Shown here one piece after another: positions 53,786-64,000 of a DNA stretch of 64,000 nt. Numbering within the stretch: position 1 is the first letter of the stretch; each line of letters starts with the position of its first letter. The position numbers and the translations under genes are program-made. The notes beneath the pieces were generated by a model. The model was not told where the DNA came from and ran no database searches. It saw nothing but the letters and a program-made list of their open reading frames with translations. Source of the stretch: Octopus vulgaris (taxonomy: Eukaryota); assembly GCA_951406725.2 (NCBI GenBank), contig OX597814.1, positions 152,024,001-152,088,000 of the forward strand. The letters are read 5' to 3'.

Positions 53786-55997
53786 TTTGAAAACAAGGAT
53801 GCCGGGGACGAGAATCGCTCGTAATTTGCCAAAAAAATCGTGGATATTTGTAAATATATTCGTTGTTGTGGAACGCCATCCAAATTTTGTTTGTCTACGT
53901 CGTAGGCCTCTTCCTTCCAACTGTCTGTCTCATACCCCTTACTAGATCCAAGTAAAACTCTTCATTCATCATATTACCTCATGGAACAAACTCATGAGGA
54001 TCGACACACTTCCAATAAAAAAAGACAACCAGCATTAACTTTACATTTGAGTGACACTGTCAGGCACTTTTGATCACGGCCACAACTTCCTTGTTTCGAC
54101 ATTGCAGCCGTTCATCTATATTTCCTGTCATCTATTACGACATTTCAGAAAGTTTTCATCAGCATTTGAATGATCACATAGATTCTGATTGACTGAGGCT
54201 CGATTGTCTTTTCGTTCATTTATCATCAGACACGACACCTTGTTTGGTTAATCTTTTACCCGACAACTCACTCCTATACATATTCTCTTGAAAGCTTCAG
54301 TGGATCGTAAAACAGGAGATTATCATCGTATTTATAGTTTTTAACTTCCTGACAGAACACCAGGGCTATCGAAAGTAAAAGTTTTAGAAATTCTGCTATT
54401 TATCCTCAACTTTTCGGTGAACTGAGTCATAAAATAAGCATTATATTCTCAAGAGGAAGTTAGATGAAATAAAACGAAAATGCGAAACGACTGATTGTAA
54501 ATAGGCCCATGTTTATGAACTGGAGAAGTAATAGTAAATTCTGCTCATGGGAAAACAATTGAGGTTATATATTCCATTCCAGTACAATTTTGAATTAGAA
54601 TTTTTATATCAAAAAATAAAATATCTTTATATAAACTTCAAAAGGTTAGCTTTCAGGGTGAGTGCTCGACTCAATCTATATATGTCCCTTATGATCTCCT
54701 ACAATATAACATTACTGTTATCATTCATTAAATTACCCCTTGATGTTCCTCGATATTCATTAAGTTACTGCATGAAACCTAAGCTATGGGTTTAAACTAC
54801 AAATTACCACGAGGAAATATTCCAAACCTACAAATAGTACACTTTTGGTTACATGATGTTGAAAGTATCAATCGTTGCCTGATAAAGAAAGTTGCTCGGG
54901 TTGCGAATATGAGAAGAAAAATTGAGTTGATCTTAGCTAGTTTAGTCTTGGTCCATAATTCACCTCTTTTAGAAACTCGACAGAAACGCATCATCAGTAT
55001 GCGACCTGGTTACAGTATATGAAGATAAACCCTATAGTAGATTGGTTACAGGATATACTTGCACAAACCCAAGTGTACTGAATATTTTAAATGAAAAGAT
55101 TTTAGTGCCTTTACCAGTTACAAAACGACACGACAATATCAAACCATAAATAAATAGATAAATAAATAAATAAATAAATGATATGCTTCCGGTTGATAAA
55201 GTCAGCACTGAAGCATATCACAAAAATCAACTGTTCTTAACCTGCAAAAGTGTTTGGACACATCACCCGTCAAAAAAACAAAAGCTTGCATGAGTCATCC
55301 GATCGATAAGCCCATTACTTCATTATACATTATTATAGACTAAACCAACGATGGAGCTCCAACGTTGTCACTTGCCCGACTAGAGATATCGCCTTAAAAA
55401 TTCTATCTGAAACTACAATAGATAATGTGGTACAAGAACATTTTTGATCATAGGTCTGTTCAATTAAGGCTGACCTAGGTCTAAACAATGACCACAATAG
55501 GAACATTGATTTAAACTATGAAATCTGTTATATCGCAATACTACACAGTGGCTGTGTGAGCAACGAAATCCTCGTCGCCACCGTTATATCGCATGTTCGG
55601 ATGACCTCTACTCAACTCTGACGTCTGGACTTCTCCCTCTATATCTACGTATATCGTCTGGGGCGTCCACACAACACAATCTTCGGTAGAAATAGTTCCA
55701 AAATCTCCCTCAAATCACTGATTGTCGTCTTAAATAAAAGTACACTTTGGGTAATGCAATTCTAGATGTATCTGTAACATTTGATCATTGGTCTACTTGA
55801 TCAGAGCTGACCAGGGCCTAAATAACAGCAGTAACAACAGCAATGATATGGGGCGGGGAGCAATTTCAGAGAATTCGAGGGTTTCAATATCAGTCAAGTA
55901 AGAACATTATTTGAGTACAGAGTTCTAGGTTTGCCGTGGCGTACCCCATTAGCAGTCTGTGCTACATCACTGTGAGAGTTTTGTATTTTTATTTTAT

Positions 55998-56445
55998 AGG
56001 CACAGAAATGATTATGTGGTTCAAAAACTCGCTTTGGAAACACACGGTTTCAATTTTAGTATCACTGTGTGGTACGTCGAGCAAGCCACTTCTACTATAG
56101 CCTCGAGCCGACCAATGCCCTGTGAGTGAATTGGTAGACGGAAACTGTATAGAAGTTCGTCGTACACACACATATATTAGTGTGTGTCTTCGTATCTGTC
56201 TTTGTTCTCCCTTGACACACACACACACATACACACACACACACACCGCTTGACATCTAATGTTGGTTTGTTTACGTCCCCATATCATAGCAGTCCGGCA
56301 AAATAGACCGATAGAATAAGTACCAGGCTTTAAAAGTAAGTAGGTGGGTCGATTTGTTCGACTAAAACCTTTCAAGGCCGTAGGCACACCAGCATGGTCG
56401 TAGTTCAATGATTGAAACACATAAAAAGGTAAAAGATAAAAGGTA
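55998..56445 (+). mobile_element. SINE family A, full-length diverged copy
   Basis: Colinear with 3648-4056. Confidence 0.8.
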
Positions 56446-56992
56446 AAGCATTACCAACAAAGAATGTTAAAATGTTAAAGTGTTTCAGTTGCCTTCATTC
56501 GTGATTCGTTCAGTGGCTTCAGCAAGCCATCGTAAAGTGTAAGAAATATACAGCTCTATATTTCTGAACTAGCTTTAGTCCTTAAGTTGCGGACATGTTT
56601 GAGCAGGGCTTTCAAGACTATTTGGTCGATTGTATCAATTCTAATACTTACGTCATTTACTTATTTTATTGATTTCTCTTTATGGATTAGTTAAGTCAGA
56701 TTGAACATAAAGAGGCGCACACGGATACGCCGGTATAATAAACGGTCATACACTCGCATAAATGCACTTACAAACTCACATGCATACACATATTCATGCA
56801 AGTGATTTCCTTGTCCATGTTTGCATTTAATTGTGTTTATGTGAATGTATTTGCTCATGCATGTACACAATCTTATGCCTATAAGAGATTGCATTATAAA
56901 AGCAGAAACAGAAACTCACCATCAAACACATGATCATACACACACACACTCACACACGCAGACACACACAGACATTCTAACCTCCATTGCAA

Positions 56993-57039
<47 letters not shown>

Positions 57040-57154
57040 TGTAAACGTATATTATGATGTCACGGTATCGATTTGACTATCTTATGTTACGCATAGCTGG
57101 TCAGAAAGCGCTTCGCATTGTTTTAGCATTTGAATGATGCCACTCCGCTGGTTA

Positions 57155-57261
<107 letters not shown>

Positions 57262-57572
57262 CAGGATCACAACACATAAACACACTGCAACATAATTTCT
57301 TTTCCCTACTTAACATTGTCCCAAAACAGGTCAAAGAGGAAAAGGACCCCATTACCTTTAAACTGAGTCTGGAAAATTTTCTTCAAGGAACACCAGATAA
57401 GACACCTATTCCTGGATACAACTCACTAAACAAGAAATCCCTACTCGAACGGACCATGATACCACAAAATTTGACGTAGAAAGGGTTTAGATAATCCTAT
57501 CAGGTGGTGCTATTAAGTTAGACATGGCCTGGACCAATCTTTGGTCGAAGCATATCTAAGTTTATCTAAGCT
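57262..57572 (+). mobile_element. CR1/L2-group (Crack/Daphne-like) LINE 3' end
   Basis: 'LLNIVPKQVKEEKDPITFKLSLENFLQGTPDKTPIPGYNSLNKKSL' resembles 'LFN.LP...FK..LD.FL..IPD.P..PGY'; 3' stem-loop gaccaatctttggtc and tatctaag repeat tail. Confidence 0.7.
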
Positions 57573-57592
57573 AATATATATATATATGTATA

Positions 57593-58833
57593 TTGGGTCA
57601 TCCCATAAATAATGCGGTCTATACTTCTTTAAGTTTTTAGAATTAAGATAAAATTCTTTTTTAATCTAAAATATACTCTCCTTTATTTTTTACAATGCTC
57701 TTCCATCTATCTGGTAGACCTGCAAGGCCCCTCTTTGAAAAATTCACTTGTCCGTGACGAAAAGCACACCTCCAGTACCTCTATAGAATTCATTTTTTTC
57801 TGTCCAAATGATTTTGAAGACAGCGGAATAAATGATACTCCGGTGGCGAATATGGTGGCTGGGGTATCGTTTTCCATTCAAACTGCTCCAGCCTTTGAAA
57901 TGTCATCCTCGCTGTATGTGGCCGAGCATTATCCTGATGGAAGAACACCTTTCGTCTTGAAACCAAAGATGGTCGTTTTCCTTCTCGCACTCACTCAGTG
58001 CTCGCAGTAGACCTTTGCTATCGTTTGGTTTGGGTTTAAAAGTTCAAAGTGAACAAACCCTTTCATATCCCACCATACAGACAGCAACACCCAACGTGGG
58101 TGTAAACCTTCTTTAGCCGGGGGGGGGGGGGTTCTCCTTTCCCTACCCACTGTCGTCGGCGCTTGACATTTTTATAGAGAACCCGTTTCTCGTCACCAGT
58201 CACCATTCGGTCCAAAAAAGGTTCAATTCGTGAGATGTGACAGCAAAGAAAAGCACACATTCACTGCTCCCGAGCGATTAGACTCGGAAAGTTTGTAAGG
58301 AACCTATCGACCTAATTTGCTGACTTTTCCGATAGTACGCAGGTGTCGATGGATGGTTCAATGACCAAATCTAAGCTTGTCTGCTAGTTCCTCAACAGTT
58401 ACGATGGGATTTTGTTCCACCAGGGTCTGCAGGACGTCCTCACCGAGCTCTATAAATCTTCCAGGACGAGGTTCGTCTTCTACCCTGTATTTTCCGGCTC
58501 GGAATTTCTGGAACCAACGTTGACACTGCCTTACGCTTATCGTCCGATCCCCATATATTGCATTAATATTCCTTGCACTTTCCATTGCCTTGTTGCCTTT
58601 ATTGAACTCATAAAACAAAATATGTCGAATATGCTCCTTTGCCACTTCCATTATATCTTTGAAAAATAACTGTTAAAATCGAACAGCACTCTTCAAAACT
58701 TGCGTTAAGAATAAGTACAAGGTAAAATTACTACCTGCTTTTATAGCAAGTTGATACAGGTAGTTTATCCCGCCCCCCCTCCAACTTTTAGTTCATGCAA
58801 TTGAAAAAGCCGCATTGTTTATGGGATGGCCTA
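57593..58833 (-). mobile_element. Near full-length mariner transposon (about 1.24 kb)
   Basis: TIRs ttgggtcatcccataaataatgcgg / ccgcattgtttatgggatggccta; TA flanks; transposase remnant inside. Confidence 0.92.
57661..58651 (-). pseudogene. mariner transposase pseudogene
   Basis: MEVAKEHIRHILFYEF...QRWFQKFRAG HTH; 'VTGDEK'; 'HQDNARPH'; 'PPYSPPEYHLF'; C-terminus 'RWKSIVKNKGEYILD*'; several frameshifts and stops. Confidence 0.93.
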
Positions 58834-59589
58834 TACTGAGTGATCACATAGATATATGTGCAAAAAAATAAGTCTCCCAATTTCCAGGTCTTCCCACTCT
58901 ACTTATGCTCAGCAAATACCATAGATGAAGCACGGACAAACAAAGAAAATACTTTCATACATACAAAAGTACAAACCAAGACTTAACAAACAGAGTATAT
59001 GATAAACTTATGATAAATTTATTCTTTCTTATTTTATTTTTTATTTTTTGGTTTTATTGTATTTATTTTGCTTTTTTGTATTCTTTTTTTGAATTTGTAT
59101 TTATCTTCTGTCATCACTTCATTAATGCACTCCATATATGGTAATTCTAGTATATGTAAAGAGTGAAATCTATTGTCTATGATTATATAACGAAAATATT
59201 TGCTATTTATTAGAGTCTGCTGTTTTAACCTGCTATGAAATTTCTGAAGTGTAGTCTGTTATGTTACAATACAATTATATTTATGGATGTATATATATAT
59301 ATTCAGTTACATAAGTGTAACAGATGATGTAGCTTCGCTCATTGCTTATGTAACTAACACAAATTATGAAACAGCTGTCGGCTAATGGAATGAACATCTA
59401 TTCTCTCACTGCATTTCTCTTAGGTAGCCAATTTTATACATACTCTCTACCATTCATGGGCTTTCAGAACGACGGTAAGGTTACATCCTAGCCTTAATGG
59501 TCTTTCTCGCTAGACATGCACCAGACAGGGGGGCTTACTGTAAGCTCTATTTGATTCTTTGATTCCCTATTCTTTCATTCAGGTATATT

Positions 59590-60147
59590 TCTTATATAAA
59601 ATCCGTTCTGTCTGTCTGACTGTGTGTGTGTGTGTCTTCTCGGACCTCGGGCATCCTCCATCCGATTGTGCTCAAATTTAATATGTAGATACCGACGATA
59701 TCAGGGCGTGTATAAGTCTTGAAAAAATTACAAAAAGCGATTCCAGGTGAGAATGCGATCGATAAAGCCCTTTTTGTCCTGCTTTTCTTCCGTCAACCTG
59801 TACATAACTGCACCTTCTATTTTTTGTTGTTTTTGTACTGCTTAAAGGCACGTTTCTTTCCTGACAAGCTTACTGTTTAAACCATGTTTGTGTTCTCCCA
59901 GTCAATAGCCTTATCATTGCTGGTACTTTAAACTCTTCGGTTGAATATTTGTGTGAATAAAATCGTTTTTTTTTTTTGGAATAGAAAAAAGTCTGTCTTT
60001 ATTTCTTCTTTTGCTGGTGTCTCAAATTTTGGTTAAATCATTGCCTTTTCAAAGGGAGGCCCATGGGACGGTCGCACAACTTTTGAGAAAATTTGGTTTA
60101 AATGTTTGACAACTCACCACCGTCCATTGGATGGGGGGCGTTTGCTC

Positions 60148-60148
<1 letters not shown>
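59590..60148 (+). mobile_element. Non-autonomous Helitron
   Basis: 5' tcttatataaaa followed by (ctgt)n; 3' subterminal hairpin ccgtcca-t-tggatgg then ctcg|t (decayed CTAG|T); no TIR or TSD. Confidence 0.65.
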
Positions 60149-60190
<42 letters not shown>

Positions 60191-61015
60191 TGTGTATACG
60201 CACCTGCTTGCGGGCGTGTGTTTGAATGGGTCCATTAATTTGTACCTAAAGAAAGGTAGGTATGTTTAGAATTATTCCTTTTGAAAGATACAACCTGTGT
60301 CATCTCATGACCTACTCATATTTGTGTATATATTTGTGTTTATATTCATTTTGCAATCTCATCTGGTTTCAATCAATATGTTAACTGACTTATAATTTCA
60401 GAACACACCCACTTTTTTACAATCTCACTTCCATCACACCCTGTCATGTTCTCTCTTCCTCTTTTCATCTTGCCCTTTTTTTCTCTGTATTTTTGGTGTA
60501 TTTATTTATTCTTTTCACTTGTTTATATACTGTGTGTATACGTTTATATTTATATGTTTATATCTTATGTGTTGTATATATATTTTTATCCCTTTAAAAG
60601 TTGTTCAACTTTGTTTTCCTTCCTTTCATTATTTTCCTCTCTTCCTCTTGCCCTATTTCTTTCTCTCTCTCCCTCTTGCTTCCTAGTCTTTTTTTATCCT
60701 TCTCCCTCAATTGCTTTCTTTCTACTTCCCTCTCAAAATGCTTATACAATTCCCCACCATCTACCCAACTCTCAACATTAGTTATACGTAACATAAAGCA
60801 ATAAGGTGTTTCCTGTCGTTTGGTTGTAGTTAAGCCTCCAATTACACATGGAATAAACTATGCAAAGTTCCAAACAACCACAATAGTGAAACGTGCGTTG
60901 GAACAAATAAAACAAACAAACCTGTTTTTAACGGATATTAAGATGATTTTCTTAACATGAAACCATTTATATATATGTATCTACATACATTTACAAATAC
61001 ATATACACATATATA

Positions 61016-61233
61016 CGAGGGGATGCTGAAAAAATTCCTGGCTTTGGGTAAACGAAAATGCGGGAGCATCAGCTAATTATGATTTCCTGCAACATATTCC
61101 TCTTTGAGATTCACACACATATTGCAGCGGTCCTTCAGTTTTTGTAAGCCCTGTAAAAGGACTCGAAAAGTTGTACCGCCAACCAGGCCTTTCACGACAT
61201 CCTTATAGCCTGAGGCTTTTCGGCAACCCCTTG
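61016..61233 (+). mobile_element. mariner-derived MITE
   Basis: ta|cgaggggatgctgaaaaaattcctggcttt...cttttcggcaaccccttg; homologous to 15400-15613. Confidence 0.85.
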
Positions 61234-61785
61234 AGAGTGAGAGGAAGAGGGAGGGAGAGAGACGTATACACATGTGCGCGCACATTCAACCTCTAATATG
61301 TGAAATAATTGAAAGAGCTCACGCTTGCTTACTGTTAGGACAATATGAATTAAGGAAAATGGAAAATACTTCATTTGTGCTGTATTGAATTCTTGATTGA
61401 ACCAAGTTCGTTTTGAATTTTTCTCATCAAGAATTTCATAGAAAGCAACAAACGAAAAAATTTAGATATTTTTCACTATAATGTGTGTAATTACTAGCAA
61501 CAAGTGTAATGAGTAATAGAATTCAGAGGTATATAACAAAAGAGAGATTAATAGTAGGCGTTCTATGCTTGGCGTTCAGTTTATTATGACATGAAGCACT
61601 TACGTTCATTAATAGGAACACAATGCTAACGAGAAAATAAGGACAAACGAAATTGAATTCATTGAGGCCAATTAAAGTCACGTTGCAATGTCCATAGACA
61701 AAGGAGGAGATCGCTTACTTAGAGATCGGTCATACCGCGAGATGAAGAACTTACAAAGAAATACCTACATACATTAACCCTATCC

Positions 61786-61836
<51 letters not shown>

Positions 61837-61868
61837 TTTATTTTAAGCAGCAGAAAATTCAACAAAAT

Positions 61869-61906
61869 CTGTTACTCTGAGTTTCTCGTTGCCGTTCATC
61901 AGACAG
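61869..61906 (-). ncRNA. Minimal type I hammerhead ribozyme in the pLTR
   Basis: Minus strand: ctgt-CTGATGA-a-cg-gcaa-cg-a-GAAA-ctc-a-gag-TA-acag; stem I ctgt/acag, intact core, GUA site. Confidence 0.75.
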
Positions 61907-62911
61907 TTTTTGCTAGAATGGAACATATATATTAATTCAATCTATACTCTTACAAACGCTACACCTTTAAAAAGAAATGGACTTGTTTGATTGGCCCTTT
62001 AGAAAAAACGGTCAATCTTCGAGCGATAAACAAAAAGGTCAAAAATATATGTATATATATATAAAAAACTTATAAAATTATAAAATCCGAGGAAAAAACC
62101 GAGGAAAAAACCTATTGCCGTTAATGAAGACAGTACAAATTAATGCATAGAAATTAAACCTGTTATAAATACTGCAATACATATTTATATTAAAATCCAC
62201 ATATATATATCAACATACACAAAAGGATGCGCGTAAACGCCATACATACATATACAGACGTATGAATATGAATCTAAATTATACACATAAAAGCATGTGT
62301 ACATATATTCACGCAAACCGTCTCGCACGCAAGCTAAAATTCATCTATGTAGCAATTCTCATATACTGAGCAAGGAGGGGGAACGAAAGAAAGGGAAAGA
62401 GAGAAAAAGAAACGAAGGAGGGGTGGGGAAAACTTGTAGCGATATTATTGACATCTATAGAGGCCAGTATACATACACAAGTTTGAATTGATACATATAC
62501 ATACCGTCGTGTGTATGCGTGCTTAAGCACAAGCATACTTTCACTTACACATACACAGATACGCATGCTTACAAATATATATGCTTTGCTATATACAAAC
62601 TTATATAAACATTCTAAATTTGACAACATTGCTTTTTTTAAAAAAAACATTGCTTTTAAAAAATGGGTGCATTAATAAAAATATATACGAAAGACATATA
62701 AAATAAAATATAACATCCTATTTTGGGTCATTTATAAATAATCAAGGTAATATAAATAATCAAGGTAATCTTATGCAATACAATAACATGAAAACAAAGT
62801 TTGTAGGTTTTTCCTAATATATATGTAGAAACAATAAGACTTTGCTATAGTTCCGTCGTAGCGCTCAAGAGTCAAAATCAAAATCAAAAAATCAAAATAC
62901 AAAATATATAC

Positions 62912-63064
62912 AAATATAATTTCAAGTGCAGGCTCTGCTTATTAGAAAAAATGCACATATTATTCAAAGACAATAATTCTTTGAATCAAAGAAGTGAATT
63001 AATGAACTTATGTAGGCACACGGCTAAATTTAAAATGTCGAATATAAATATACCATATGGATAG
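62912..63064 (+). pseudogene. C-terminal 50 codons of a PLE GIY-YIG endonuclease ORF
   Basis: Open frame KYNFKCRLCLLEKMHILFKDNNSLNQRSELMNLCRHTAKFKMSNINIPYG*; matches PLE pattern 'C.LCL.EK..I...LN.RSE....CRH..K'. Too short for the ORF track. Confidence 0.85.
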
Positions 63065-64000
63065 AGTATATATTTTGTATTTTGATTTTTTGATTTTGAT
63101 TTTGACTCTTGAGCGCTACGACGGAACTATAGCAAAGTCTTATTGTTTCTACATATATATTAGGAAAAACCTACAAACTTTGTTTTCATGTTATTGTATT
63201 GCATAAGATTACCTTGATTATTTATATTACCTTGATTATTTATAAATGACCCAAAATAGGATGTTATATTTTATTTTATATGTCTTTCGTATATATTTTT
63301 ATTAATGCACCCATTTTTTAAAAGCAATGTTTTTTTTAAAAAAAGCAATGTTGTCAAATTTAGAATGTTTATATAAGTTTGTATATAGCAAAGCATATAT
63401 ATTTGTAAGCATGCGTATCTGTGTATGTGTAAGTGAAAGTATGCTTGTGCTTAAGCACGCATACACACGACGGTATGTATATGTATCAATTCAAACTTGT
63501 GTATGTATACTGGCCTCTATAGATGTCAATAATATCGCTACAAGTTTTCCCCACCCCTCCTTCGTTTCTTTTTCTCTCTTTCCCTTTCTTTCGTTCCCCC
63601 TCCTTGCTCAGTATATGAGAATTGCTACATAGATGAATTTTAGCTTGCGTGCGAGACGGTTTGCGTGAATATATGTACACATGCTTTTATGTGTATAATT
63701 TAGATTCATATTCATACGTCTGTATATGTATGTATGGCGTTTACGCGCATCCTTTTGTGTATGTTGATATATATATGTGGATTTTAATATAAATATGTAT
63801 TGCAGTATTTATAACAGGTTTAATTTCTATGCATTAATTTGTACTGTCTTCATTAACGGCAATAGGTTTTTTCCTCGGTTTTTTCCTCGGATTTTATAAT
63901 TTTATAAGTTTTTTATATATATATACATATATTTTTGACCTTTTTGTTTATCGCTCGAAGATTGACCGTTTTTTCTAAAGGGCCAATCAAACAAGTCCAT

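Larger units (their letters stand above)
61836..64000 (+). mobile_element. 5'-truncated Penelope-like retroelement with inverted pLTR (runs off the window)
   Basis: 61977-62911 is the reverse complement of 63066-64000; loop encodes a GIY-YIG-like C-terminus; hammerhead at the outer left end; abuts (TA)n. Confidence 0.85.

Noticed and set aside
59305-59385. Hairpin agttacataag/cttatgtaact followed by GAAACAGCTGTC
   Set aside because: No CUGANGA or stem I in the right position; too weak to call a hammerhead.
62297-63680. Mirror-image ORF pairs (64 aa and 101 aa)
   Set aside because: Consequence of the inverted repeat; no recognisable protein motifs; they lie in the pLTR/UTR.

Overview
AT-rich, microsatellite-dense animal non-coding DNA. 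Its SINE families resemble those I recall from octopus genomes (inference, not database-checked). I found no intact host protein-coding gene, and nearly all ORF-track entries are microsatellite or transposon translations. The window is a mosaic of tRNA-derived SINEs, LINE remnants (CR1/L2, RTE, HERO-like RLE), DNA transposons (mariner, Tc1/IS630 DD34E, pogo-like, MITEs, a non-autonomous Helitron) and a 10.3-kb near-identical duplication across a 100-N gap that is probably an unmerged haplotype. The most interesting signal is a set of Penelope-like element (PLE) ends sitting in (TA)n/(CA)n tracts. One young copy at the window end has an inverted repeat of at least 935 bp whose 154-bp loop encodes a GIY-YIG endonuclease C-terminus and whose outer end carries a minimal hammerhead ribozyme. 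Several other hammerhead-like motifs and fold-back ends occur at 3.4, 4.3, 6.4, 9.1, 15.6, 19.9, 20.6 and 20.7-21.1 kb. An unexplained run of six adjacent hairpins lies at 26.85-27.07 kb.
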